Shown here one piece after another: positions 48,972-64,000 of a stretch of DNA of 64,000 bases. The notes under the pieces are model-generated. The model had not been told where the DNA came from. It saw only the letters and a list, made by a program, of their open reading frames with translations, and did no database searches. Position 1 is the stretch's first letter, and every line of letters starts with the position of its first letter. Made by a program: the position numbers and the translations under genes. Location of the stretch: positions 2,480,001 through 2,544,000 of the forward strand of contig JAYWIR010000026.1 of NCBI GenBank assembly GCA_036172245.1, given 5' to 3'. The stretch comes from Raillietiella orientalis. Lineage: Eukaryota.

Positions 48972-51900
48972 CCCGGCTAGATGTTTGTCGGAACAGGAGG
49001 ATCGGATTTCTTCACGATTGCTTGCAGTCAGAAGCGCCCAGCCAGGATGGCAACAGCAAGGGCACGGAACAACGAATCGCAGAGAACCGAGTGTCGCCGT
49101 CAAGGAAGAAGACATGTTGCAACAAAGGTCGGAAGCGGGGCAGTGAGGTCCGAGGCATGGATGTCGTCTGAAGGAGGTGGACAAGCAGGCGGCCTCCACG
49201 TATGAAGATCGCCCTGGAAAGGACTGGTTCGGAGTAGCCAGCTTCGGCGAAGGATGGGCCTCATTCACGTAAGCAGCGCGTGGAAATTCCAAACCGACGC
49301 GCGCGTCCTACACCGAGTGCGCGTGGCCCTACTGCTGGAGACCCCTCGAGAAACTTCAAGTGCGATATGGTGCGCTCATTCTTGCTTTTTTCTCGGGGAA
49401 TTGCCCTTGCGAGCGAAAAACGACTTTCACTTTTGCGAACGAAAACGAAACTAGCCAGGGTCCGGTCCTGAGAGCGCCGGTGTGGAAGCGTGACACCTCC
49501 CTTTCGGTCGGACGGTGCACTCCGAAAGGATTTTGCTTCACGTAACTTGTAATACGAACTTCCTGGGATCAGATCCCCAATTTCATCCTCGCTGCTTGTG
49601 ACCCCTGGGTTGTGCCCAAGCGGGCGCACACACCGCTTTCTCGTTTTCGTGGGCGTGCGTGCTCCAGGAAGCGCTTCGAGCATACAGGTATCGACGACTC
49701 CTGACTTGCCCGCTCAGCCTTTGTGCACTAGCAGCCAGCGAACAATGAGGTCGCCTCCCCCAATCTTTTGTCCACAGTTCTTCTCCTTCTTCTTCAGCGT
49801 CATTCTTTTTTGATGCTGATTCTGTGGGGAGCTTCCTTCCTGACTTCGTTATACGTAGCAGAGAAACAAAATCGTCCTCCAGCAGCCCGCTTTAGCGAGG
49901 GATCCCTTCTCGGGTCGTTCGCCGACTCATCCGGAGCTCGTTTCCCGAGGATTCGGGTCTAGTAGTCTACTGCTAGCTAATGAACGCCCCCCGATTCCCG
50001 TCTATGATTCCACCATGATCTGCTCCTTTTGAAAAGAAGAGCCACCTATAATCCACCGACTGTTTTTTTCTGAACCCTTATGCGTTGCCGAATCCTCACT
50101 CCTCCGTATCTCGATGAGTCATTGGAAATGCTAGTCGCCAAGCGTCCCCGCTTTCCAAGCCGTACCCGGAAAAGCATTGTGCTTTTCTGTTTTGTCGTCA
50201 ATTTTCCTCACCCATTCAAAGCACCTCGGGAAGAAAAATTTCATCTTTTTTTTTTTTTTTTGCCGCATGACTTCACGGAAGGAGCATCAAAATCACCAAT
50301 GATGTGTGGGCACTGCGGAAACTGGACTCAACTGACTCACCCACCGCCGCTTTCGTAGAAATCTTGTAATCTGATGTTTAGACGAGTCGTAAAAATCCCC
50401 ATTACCAAAGATACTATTTTGAAAGTTTGGAAAGCACCATTTTCAAAGATATTCATATAGGTCTGCTTTCGTGTAATACTCGAAAGCGAGTTATTTTTAC
50501 AGTAGACAATTTTTATTTTATCTACATTAATGAATGAATACACACTAAGGGCGCAATAGATTACTTCGGATTTACTAAAATCCAAGTCTACTAACTGATT
50601 CGCTGCTTCTGTACAAATACATGGAGACCCATTACCGTGGAATCCTCAAGATACAGTGCCCTTGAATTGGTGCCAGATAACTCACCAAGTGACCGCTGCA
50701 AAAATCGGACACCTGGTAAATAGATCAGGAAGATCCGAGTAACCGTCGTAATCTTTGAAAACAGGTTGGTACCACTCATCTTTACAGAACAATATAAAAG
50801 GGCTCATTAATCTTGAAAGGATTTGAACAGACTTCAGACTATTGATTCCGAGGATGAAGTCTCGCAAATTGAAATGTAATAAAAAAAAAAAATCCGATCA
50901 ATTATCAAGTCGTTCAATGCAAACCTGAGTCCGGTATATTTTACCGATTCCTCTCTGGGAAATTCCACACAATTTTTTCAACCTGATACCAATCAAAAAG
51001 CATGGTCAGAAAAGAGTGGGAGAGCACGCCGTTTCCGCGGCTGCAAGACGCTCATGGGCAAAACGACCTGAAAGGGTTCGTGGCAGAGAACGGCCCTGCT
51101 TCGTTGAGAACGTGGGCTGCACACGTCCTCAGCGAACCTTCGTTCATAGAAAGAGAATCAAGTAACGCATGCACGACGTCATAAAATAGCAGTGTTTAAA
51201 TACGCCAATTTCCACGACGGTTATGATGCTCCACATGCACGATTCCCCCCCCCCCCCCCCCATCTCAAGAGATCTCGACGAGGCTGCTGCTGCTGAAAGC
51301 ACAAGCGCAGTCTCCACTATGGGGCTCCAAAGTCTCGAAACGCCACGCTCTCCATCCAGAACCACCGGCAGGAGCAAAACGCGCAGGCAGTCTTTGATCG
51401 AGATGGTAGGTGTCCTCTGCAACCGTTTGTCCGACTCGGGACGTGTTTCTTAAGCCAAGGACTTGGAACTTTCATAAATCTTTTCGGAAATCCCAACTGC
51501 TGAAGATGCTTCCTGCACCGTGCTTTGGGAATTGAAATCGAGGAATTCAGCCACCGAGAGCGAACACCTGCTCGCGAGGTTTTTTTCCTTTTGCAAAATC
51601 GGCAAACACGAGTTTAAATGGTATGAAAACGGACTAGGAGATAAATTTCCAAAATCTATGGATAAGGCCAGATTTATGCGACACGGCAGCAACCTCGAAA
51701 ACCTGAATGGCATAAACAATCTGAATGACTTCCGACTTGGCGGCGGTGGCTGGTGAAAATGAATTGGTTCCGGTAGATCTAGTCTTGGATCACCGATGTG
51801 TTGTTGTTTCACCACGTACACACAAAAAAATCCAATGTACCAATGCTCTCTCGTCCTTGTCGCGGTTCAGGCTGACCCCTATTCTTTACTTCGAGAACCC

Positions 51901-52924
51901 TCGCAGAGTACCCGCTGAGCTGAACGAGGAGCTCGCTCTGGAAAAAGCTATAATAAGCTATAACAGCTCATGTAAACTCTTAAAGAACAAAGTTTTCAAA
52001 TACGTTTAGACTTTCGTGTTTGATTCTCCTACTTGGCCTATTGGTAAAGAAACATTAGTCTGGCGAAAGCAAATACGGCGTACTGTTAGGAACCAGTCAG
52101 TGTAGCAAACATCGGGATATGAGCTAATCGTTTAAAAAAAAAGTTTTTTTTTTTTTTTTTTTAGAAACTTGCGCTGAATTCCAAAATAAACAGACCACTT
52201 TCACCATTTTCGGCTAGATGGAATGGGAAGCTGTTCCTAAAAGACGGTAGAACAGTCTGATTGCTTGCACAGAAACGCAAGCCTGTGAGTGCTTTAAAAC
52301 CAACAGAAATTCTTTCGACTTCCGGGTGGAGACGGGAAGTTTGAAACATCCTCCGTACTGCCTACGATTTCATGCAATTACTGCGTGTTTCACTGTACTT
52401 TCTAGGTTCTTGATGCGACAGTAAAAACTTACGAAAGCTTCCTTCAATTTTCGCAATAACTGTACGAGTTTCACTAAACATGTGGTGCATGAACACCTGA
52501 GGAATGCACTTTTCCAAGTCTCAGTCTTCAAAAGTCCATAGCGTAGAGATTTGCTCCAATTAACATACAGAGACCTTCGAAATTTCCACCAAAAACATTT
52601 TTTAAAGGAAAACGGGGTGGGAGAACATATCCTACAAAATCTTCATGGGAGTCCTTATTACGGCGCACTGAAACAAATTGGGAACTTTTTAACATTGGCC
52701 TGTAAACATGGAAATTATGAGAAGATTGTCTGGATTTTCTGTGAAAAGTCATTGTTACTTTTGTACTTTTTTTTGGAAAAGAACAAATTTCTCATGTCAC
52801 AAAAAAAAACTTAGAAAGATAAGAATCATTACTTTCGAACTGACTGATATGTGCAGATGAGATTGCAGACAAGTGTTTCATGGAAACCGGAATACTGCTT
52901 ACTTTAAAAATGAAAATAACTCCA

Positions 52925-56016
<3,092 letters not shown>

Positions 56017-56269
56017 GGACTAGAATATTTAGTATTTCTACAAGATGATAAATTGTACTGTTGCCTCCAGAATATGAAATACTATTCACAGCCATATTAA
56101 TGCTGTTCCATAATACCATTTACAAATGTACAAATTATTTACGTCTCCAATTCCTATTTATGGCTAAACACATCAAAACCTGAAACTTTTGGTTTTAGTA
56201 TACTTTAGAATCAAATGCAACATTTGTGGATCTGTTTATGAGCAATTACTACATGGTTGCCTTTACATG

Positions 56270-56800
56270 AGTGATGATGGAATGCATTTTTTGAGTTTGA
56301 ATTTCGGAAATTCGATTTGAATATCTGCGTTATCAAGACGACGAACAAGTCAGGTACACCTAAATGTACACGCATACATACCGGCTTTAGCGCTGGACGT
56401 AAAAGAATCAAGTATGGTTCGTTTTCGAGGGCAAAAGGGAAAACTTTTTTTGTTTTTTGAATAATGCCCATCTTAACCTATATGAACGTGATCGAAGATG
56501 CACACTCAAAACTCAACATCCATACCCTGCAGATTCAACCAACTCCGACCCACAAGGCTCAAAGGTTCGCATTCGTATTCGTCTGAATGCAAAGTCAATA
56601 CCCTGAACATTTCATTCATCAAAGTCATGCATACAGAGTGCACTTTTGCCAAGATCGGTTTATTTGGAAAGCTATTTGGAAACAACAACGACAAAAACAT
56701 AAACTTTTGCACTACTGATAAAAGGTTAACAAATACCCTCAGCATCTGCATTCTTGATCAAATGATTACACTGGTGGAAAAACAAGAGCTCGCTCTTCCT
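56270..56800 (-). pseudogene. Serpin-like pseudogene fragment
   Basis: Colinear minus-strand fragments MTLMNEMF/(frameshift)QG (like LVLVNAIYFKG), KKVFPFALENEPYLILLRP (like VLELPY...MVILLP) and RRLDNADIQIEFPKFKL (like VxVxLPKFKL). They are separated by intron-like gaps and disrupted by stops. No reactive-centre loop is visible. Confidence 0.5.
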
Positions 56801-58049
56801 CCAGCAGAAGGCTAAAAAGCTAAGACAATCACGATAAAGTCTATCATCCTTCTCCATCTTTTATTGCTTCATAAAAATTAAAACAAGCACAGAATTTTTG
56901 AAAAAAAGCCATGTAAGATGTAAAACAAAATGTCTCCTTAAATAAATGATATGACTACCGATTATTTACATATACAAGTACTAATTATAATGTGAAGTTT
57001 CAAAGGAAAGTGTTTCCAAAATCTATTATACCACTAATCGCTTCATAACTTATTTTGCTTCATGTGAATTTATCAGTTTCTTTGTGAAGATGCTTCCAAT
57101 TCTTTTATTCATTCATTTGAATTCATTTGTTTTACTTACATTCGTATGCCCTTCTAGTTGAGTTGTATGTTATTCATTTAAGTGAGTTTCCATCTAGGTG
57201 TGAGGTAGATCTATAATAAATAGTGAAAAGATGCAATGCAGACCTGATTATTTTCGAAAACAACTTTTGGTCATAAATCATTGTTAAGATATTATTTTTT
57301 TCAATTATTCCAATTTGGCTTTAAAGCCTTTATCACTTATTTTGTTCGTATGAGTCAATGTTTTGTAACATGTTGCTCAAAAGAAGAGTATTTGGATGCT
57401 TTAAATGAAGTTCAAAAAAACCTAAAAGTTAAGAGCTGAACACAGAATGCAGAAGTTAAGGCTGGAGTCAGTATAATAGCACCACTGATCTCTCATAAAT
57501 ATTTTCAAAAAATAACTCTAATTCTTTGGGATTTTCTCTAATCAATATTTTATTCAATTTAATTACAACCCTCCATTTTCATTACTCTAACCTGAACTGC
57601 GTTTTTCATCTTCATTTCCTTCATTTCAAATTTTAGTTACCATTTCAAGTGAACCAGATTTTCGAACTTTTGATTATATCGATGAAACGTTCTCAGCTTA
57701 AACAAAAACCTGTTCAGAACACCTAATAAGGTTAATTTCCATTAATGTAAGCCACTTATACTGCCTCTTTGTTGATTTTGGGACCTGATTTCAGTTTTGT
57801 TGTGTTATACAGCGAATCATTCTGTTTTCATGCTTTCATGTCAACTTGGAGAGTAACTGATGCTGCCGCCTTTTATTCCAACACCTGTAAATTCAGTAAC
57901 TGTACAGAAATACAAAATCTTGTAGAGTAATTATTATGATCATTGTATCTCCTGTGTTCGAAATAATTGTTATACTTTCTAGTTTCTTCCTTTTTTATAT
58001 AAACGTTAGAAAGTTTCCTTTTAAAAAATAGTTTCTTGACAATTTTGGT

Positions 58050-59068
58050 ATTCTTCAGACGTTCCAAATGGAATGAAAGAAGGAAAATCCTCTTCCATTC
58101 AATTCGAGTCCTTGCGTCCTTTCACTTGTTCTTCATGAGCATCGAAGTTTGAGTTTTTCATGACAAATGAACAGTCATTTTGAATGTGAATACCAGAGCA
58201 TCACAAATGACTGACATATCAAGATTATGAAGCTATAACTTGTAATGCATACTCAATAAAGGAAAGAAACACTTCATCCTTTCATGAAAGTCAAGGAACT
58301 CGTATCGTGGATTTCATACTGTAAGAGTGGCTTGGGAGATTCACAAATGGGTACTTTTGGAAATGTCTACTTATGAGCATGTTATTACCATTCGCTCAGT
58401 GAGTTTACACAGCGAGGTTTATTATGTGTATTCTTGAATTCCATAATTTTCCTCCAAATATAGTATACTCTTAATCTAGTACATTCTAAGAAAAGTGCCA
58501 AATGCTTATTTCTCAATGATTGCAACATGTACATTTCTAAACTGGTGGATTATGAGTGTTTAATCCACCATTTATCGAACTCTCTAGCGTTTTCAAAATT
58601 CGAAATTCTTTGTTTTGTAGTATTTTTAGATCTGTTGCCATCTATAATATCCATACCATACACATATCTTACAATATTCACTATTCTACCCATTAGTTGA
58701 ATCAAAGAATGAGACATTTCTGCATAGATTCCCATTGATTTCAGCAATTAACTGTACTTTATATTCCTTGCTGCTGAAACCTCAACTTTAGCACAGTTCC
58801 AAACACGAAAACCAAGGCAATATCAAAAGCGCATTTTTACCTCATAATTTTTTTTCTAATACTATAGTATTAAAGAAACAACCATAAGAAGATGGAAAAT
58901 TATGCAGCTTCTGAAGACGTTGCAAGCACTTATTATATTCAAGAAGGCTCAGTTATGAATATGTGCAAAGAAAGAATGTTTAGTAAGGAGTCCGATACCT
59001 CGTATCTTCATTTTCAATAAATACTTACACAGTTGTCGAATTTGAGGAATCGTTATGTTCCTCATCAT
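58050..59068 (-). pseudogene. PARN/PNLDC1-like CAF1-family deadenylase pseudogene
   Basis: Ordered minus-strand fragments: EVSDSL/TKHSFFA (like AIEEADFFAID), KP...GNNML (like GHNMLLD), EFLDFHERMKCFFPLL (like EFKE...FPRLLDTK), HE/SNFDAH (like HEAGYDAY), IEWKR/FIPFGT (like the RRM KEWKT...FSAFG). Many stops and frameshifts. Confidence 0.5.
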
Positions 59069-60499
59069 AACGAAACTTCTGCTGTTCCTTAGTGACTATA
59101 TTACTAAGGGAATGCAAAGTACAGTTATTTTTGAAAATCAAAGAGTTTCTTTTTCTTGCGGCTTTTATTGACATTAGAAATGTCACTCGTTATAAATATG
59201 GCTCACCATATCATTATCAAAAGTTTCATAACCTTACGCTTTAAACAATTATTTACAGAAATTGTAGCTTTGTATCTATGGGGAAGGTATGACCGATTTT
59301 AGGAACATCAGCTTCTAATAAGTTTCATCTATTTTTGAGACTTAATGACTAAGATATGTGGGTATGTTCTCATTTTATCTGAAATGAAGACTTCATCAGA
59401 CTTCTTCTGAAATCAAAATGGAAAATAAACCAAAAGGCACTAAAGGTAATTAAGCATATCAACAACATATATACAATGAATACTCCAGAATTCAAATCAT
59501 TTCAGTAAGAGTACATTCCAAAGTATTCCTGAAATTGTGGATATTGTTTATATTTAGCACTTAAGCTTTTAATTTTATTCATCAACAAGTTCGCATAGTT
59601 CAGTAATGTTCTCTTAAAATTGGTTAAAAGCTACACTTGACGATAAACACGAGTGCTTCATAAGTATGCTTTTTATTTACATGTGTTTGAGATTTTCCGC
59701 AGGTATAGACTAGGTTTAATGTTCTGGAATCCAATCATGCTTTGAAGTTTTTGTTGTTAGGCTGAGGCAAAACATTGAATAATTATTGTATTCAAAATCA
59801 GCATTTAATATTTCAGAAGTATGAAAATTAATAAATGACCGTTGAAATAGCTCATTTTTTCGTATAAATTGTATTTACCAGGAAAATGTTCAACATATAA
59901 GCTGAAATATCAATAAATATCATAGAATGGTTTTATTATTTTCCCAGAATCATTTGATACTTCTGAAAGATGCGAAAGCGGTTTGCATGAAAACAATTTC
60001 AAACTTTTTGCTTGTGATGTCTTTTTTGGTCAATATTTGTTGTTTGTAGTAATTATAAGGTTGATAAGTGATGATCAGCCACTGCTTTTTGAGTTTTTTA
60101 ATTTGCTTCATAACCATCTGGTACATATGATTTTTTATTTATATGCTTGTTTTCGACAGAATTGCATTTTGTAAGAATGCGAGCTATTGAAATCATTTCA
60201 TTCTGATAATTTTCTGTGCATTGATGTAATGTTAATGCATTCAAATTCGTTTTAGATCATGAAGGCAGTAAATTGTACCGAATTTATAAAACTAGAAGAC
60301 AGTAAAGTTTGAGCTTTCACACACGAAGGTTTCACATCCTACTTTTGAGTATTAATTGCAGTGTTCGTTCATAAATGCCTATTTATTATTCAGTTATGAA
60401 CATGCGATATAAGATGAAAATGAGAAATCTTAGTGATTCAATGACGAAAGACGAAAGTTGTGATGTGCAGTGCTGCTACCAAGATAAGGGATTTTAATT

Positions 60500-62783
60500 A
60501 TGGAAAAGGTGAAGTCATTAGAAGATGCTATTAATATATTTGATCGATTAAGAAGACAAAAAGGTTTGTTTTCAATTTTTTGCAAAACGTATGAAACATA
60601 AAAGAATTATTAGGTTCCAAAGCCTTGGTACCATTTAAAGCAGTAAAGCAAGCTTTAAACATTCTGTCTCGTGTGAAATTGGGGTTATCGGAGTCGGAGA
60701 TTGAGATTCTTTTTGGAGTCTTGCAAAATGAAACAGTGAGTAAGTTAATTGTTATTAATTTGCGTGCAAGGAAGCAGCAGATATTTTCCCAAAATGATTG
60801 TTTTCAGGTGCACATTTATTTCCAAAGATTTTACAATCTGCAAATCCAGGAGGAAACATCAACATCGATTTGTATTTGATGGGTTTTGGGGTTTTTTGCC
60901 TTCACCTGAATAGGGATCCGTTCTCAAAAACTGCAGCTCATCTTTTTCACTGGCTTCTGGCAAATGCCAAACATTTGAAAGAGGATGATCTAAATGCAGT
61001 CAGAAAAATTAGCATATGCTTTTGGCCATATCTGTGTTTTACTTTTAAAGCATCAAAAATGGTGAATATGCTTATTGGTGTGTAGATTAGATTAACTTTT
61101 TGAATTCCTTTTTTAATAGATAGATGTGGTAGTTGAGTTTCTGATAACAATTCAGGATCCTTACCTTTTTCATCCAAGTCTGAAGTTATCAAAAAAATTT
61201 TTTTTAAAAATGTTGTGCAGGTAGGATGGATTCAAAACTGAACATTTAAAATGTTCTTCACATAAACTTAGCCTCAAGCACAACCATAAACTCATGAAAA
61301 AAATGAAAAAATTAGTTGATAATGTAAGCAGTCTAAATGGCACTATGGCTCAGATATCTTCTGCAAACAAGCTTTCATATAAAAAATCCTTAGAAGCTGT
61401 GTGCTATGTGAGTAGATCAGTTTCTGTGAGTAGTGCAAATTATTAGTTTGTTTAGGATGACTCTAGTGGTAGACCATGCCATTTGCTTGATACGAACATG
61501 CTGGAATATTTGAAAACAATGTGCATATCTGGCATCTGTAAAGAATTACAGGAACATAGGCATTGGCTTTACTTTCAGTTGCATCATCGGGAAAAAGAAA
61601 ACCTGCACCTACGAATTCAGTTTCTTCTACCTTTAGTATTAGGAATTGTGAAATCAGGATTTCAGTTTACATTGAATGAGCAGAGTCAGTTCCTTCAATA
61701 TGCAGTTACCTGGTATCAGTTGGATGGCAGCATTCCACATGAAGTGATGAGGATATTGAAATTATATTTGTTTAATCCCATTCCTGAGGTGATAGCTCAT
61801 CCATTGGTAGAGCTCTTAAGACTCTATTATCCTTCAGATTGGAAAGGTGAGTTCAGGACATTTACTGATATTCCTCATGTAGTTCTCTGCAATGAAAATT
61901 CTAATCTAGAAGCATATCAGGAAATATTACATCCTATATTTGCAAACGTTTTCATGACTGGCTCATCACAAATCCAAGCTGCAGTCATATCTTTAATTTC
62001 TGACTGGACATTGCAGGCCATTCCAAAGGTAAAAAAATGCTCTTATGAGTCGGTCAATGTTTTCTTAGGAGAATGAAGCCGATTTACTAGAACTCTTCAC
62101 ATTTGGTCATGCACTTTATCAGAAAGCATGTGTGAAGTCCTCTCTTTGCCTCTCTTTAAGTTTGTATTGTGCCTGTCAGGTAAGTATTTTCTTCAATCGG
62201 TGTGCTTCATTATTTGCAGATTCAAGAAGAATGCTACAAAGCCAGTTATTCTTTCATACCCGTGCTTCCTCCTATGCTGTCTTACAAACTTTTGTTAACT
62301 CATGACCCTCACCTTTTACATGATTTTATTGGCTACTTGTGTCAGTTTCTTAAATACTCGAAGCAAGTAGATATTAATGAAGGAGTAGAGCTATGGGAAC
62401 AGCATTACAAAAACATGTTCGATCTCATCAAGAATGTTGTGGTTATTCTTGGAGGATTAGACAAGAAAAAGTTATGTGCAGGCCCCATACTGTCATATCA
62501 AGGCATGTCCCGTTTATTGCATCATTATAACATCAATAAACATCCTGCAATGAGACTTTTATACAAGCATTATTTAGAAAGTAGATTGGAGCCCCAGAAA
62601 AGGCAGGCATATTCTGAAGTAAGCATTATGGCGTAACTAGATTATGGAGACAGTTTTTTCCAGAAATATAGCTTCATGACTTGGTTAGCAGAGGAGAAAA
62701 AAATGGGAAACTTTGTTTCCATTTTTAAGCTCAGTTTCCCAGTGTGGCCTTTTAAAAAAAAAGCAGAAAAAGACTCTAAATAG
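60500..62783 (+). CDS. CENPI: Centromere protein I (Mis6/Ctf3 family)-like protein
   Basis: Exons 60500-60563, 60614-60739, 60808-61061, 61120-61220, 61272-61407, 61456-62028, 62069-62179, 62220-62618 and 62664-62783 join into one open frame. Motifs resembling CENP-I: GLSESEIEIL, FHWLL, ILHPIFANVFMT...VISLISDW, LPPMLSYKLLLTHDPHLL, NINKHPA. AATAAA at 62805-62810. Confidence 0.78.
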
Positions 62784-63370
62784 CATATATATCTAAGACT
62801 TTATAATAAATTATTAGGATCGAAAAATTGCTATTACTCAACCATTGTACTATTTGCTTGATGCATTGTTACTTGGAATTGAGATTTTTGTGGAGTGAAA
62901 GAACACAAAGGCAGGCTTCTCATTTCAATGTTTCTTTGGGAAACATGCTCTTCAAATATTAAATTAAGGAAAACCTTAACTGGGGTAGTTGCAAATAGAG
63001 ATACAACATTGCATAACTTGGTTTGAAATAAAATGGTAAGTGGAATATTTTTTAACATTAAAGATATCAAGAGTTCCGTGATTAAATCTGAAAATGTGGA
63101 TCAGTATGCAAAGCTAGCCATGTACATCAGTTTAAGGAATGTTATAAAAATCTCTGTGCTAGTTAGTAAAAACTCAAGAACTTGAATTAAGTCTATAAAT
63201 AGGTAAATTATTCAAAGGGAGCATCAGTAGTTACATGAATTTTTAGACTTTTATTCTGTTGCAAATATGATTAATTCCCCTCAGAATTTGGTGTATCAAC
63301 AATAGTACTTTCTGGCTGATTAAAGATGGTGGATGCTCTTCTTTGAAATATCAAACTGGATACTTTTGCA

Positions 63371-63401
63371 AAGGTCAGTTGCTGACCTTGGTCAGCAACT
63401 G
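63371..63401. repeat. Overlapping inverted repeats (12-bp arms with a 2-nt spacer, plus an 8-bp pair)
   Basis: cagttgctgacc-tt-ggtcagcaactg overlapping aaggtcag-ttg-ctgacctt. Confidence 0.8.
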
Positions 63402-64000
63402 TCTCTGTGTATAAGCATGGATAGCTGCTCTTTGTCTTCCCTTTCAATTCTGGGGCTTCTGCCTGAGCATTTAGTCAGCTCTTAAGAAGCACACTGACAG
63501 TACTGTTATTGTAGCTGCATAGGAAATTGAAAACTACTCGTGAATTTTCTGCAATAAATGCTTCAGCCCTCAGCTGCCATTCTCTATAGTTGGATCCTTG
63601 TTATTCTTCAGCAGCACAATTAAAACTGGTCTTGTCAAGATTGCATTCTGCTGTTTTAGCTGTGATGATTCGCAATCAGTGGTATATTAGTTACAAAACA
63701 TGCAAATCCAGCATATTTTCCAAGAGATTCAGCTTTTAAGTCGTCTGACCCAATACTTATACAATTTTAACGAAAAATCCAGAATTTCAATACCGAAATT
63801 TACCAACTCGGCGAGTTATTACTGCAATCCCATTGTTTGTGTTTTGGGTGAGTTTAAGAACTATGCAACAAATGTATATAAAACCTAAAATAACTCCAAG
63901 TCGTCGTTTCACAAAATCACACGCATTGAAGCTTTCATGATGACTATTGATTGCTTACAAAGCTTCCAATTCTAAGTGAAACACGTACAATGCCTACATT

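Noticed and set aside
58050..58320. HAT1-like fragments (FHERM, FIEYA, IPFGT)
   Set aside because: Motif order is inconsistent with HAT1, while a PARN-like reading explains more motifs in order.

Overview
Gene-dense segment of a compact animal genome with very short GT-AG introns (about 40-110 nt). It is most likely an arthropod, inferred from the double-peroxidase gene. Intact or apparently intact genes: the 3' end of a ZNF395/ZNF704/Glut4EF-type C-clamp gene (1-204, +), an EMSY gene whose ENT-domain exons are intact but which stops early (-), a secreted two-domain heme peroxidase of the DBLOX/CG10211 type (-), DNAJC25 (-) and a divergent CENP-I (+). Much of the DNA between them looks like genes decayed in place, with stops, frameshifts and residual splice sites. 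Recognisable remnants are metaxin, a PARN-like deadenylase, a serpin, a possible sushi/trypsin protease and a C2H2 finger. This pattern suggests fractionation of a duplicated or non-recombining segment. The window alternates between GC/CpG-rich and AT-rich CpG-poor blocks, and carries several locally templated inverted or direct duplications, including a double hairpin at 45637-45778. No prokaryotic features, CRISPR arrays, tRNA or rRNA genes were recognised. All family assignments come from manual translation and recalled motifs, not database searches.
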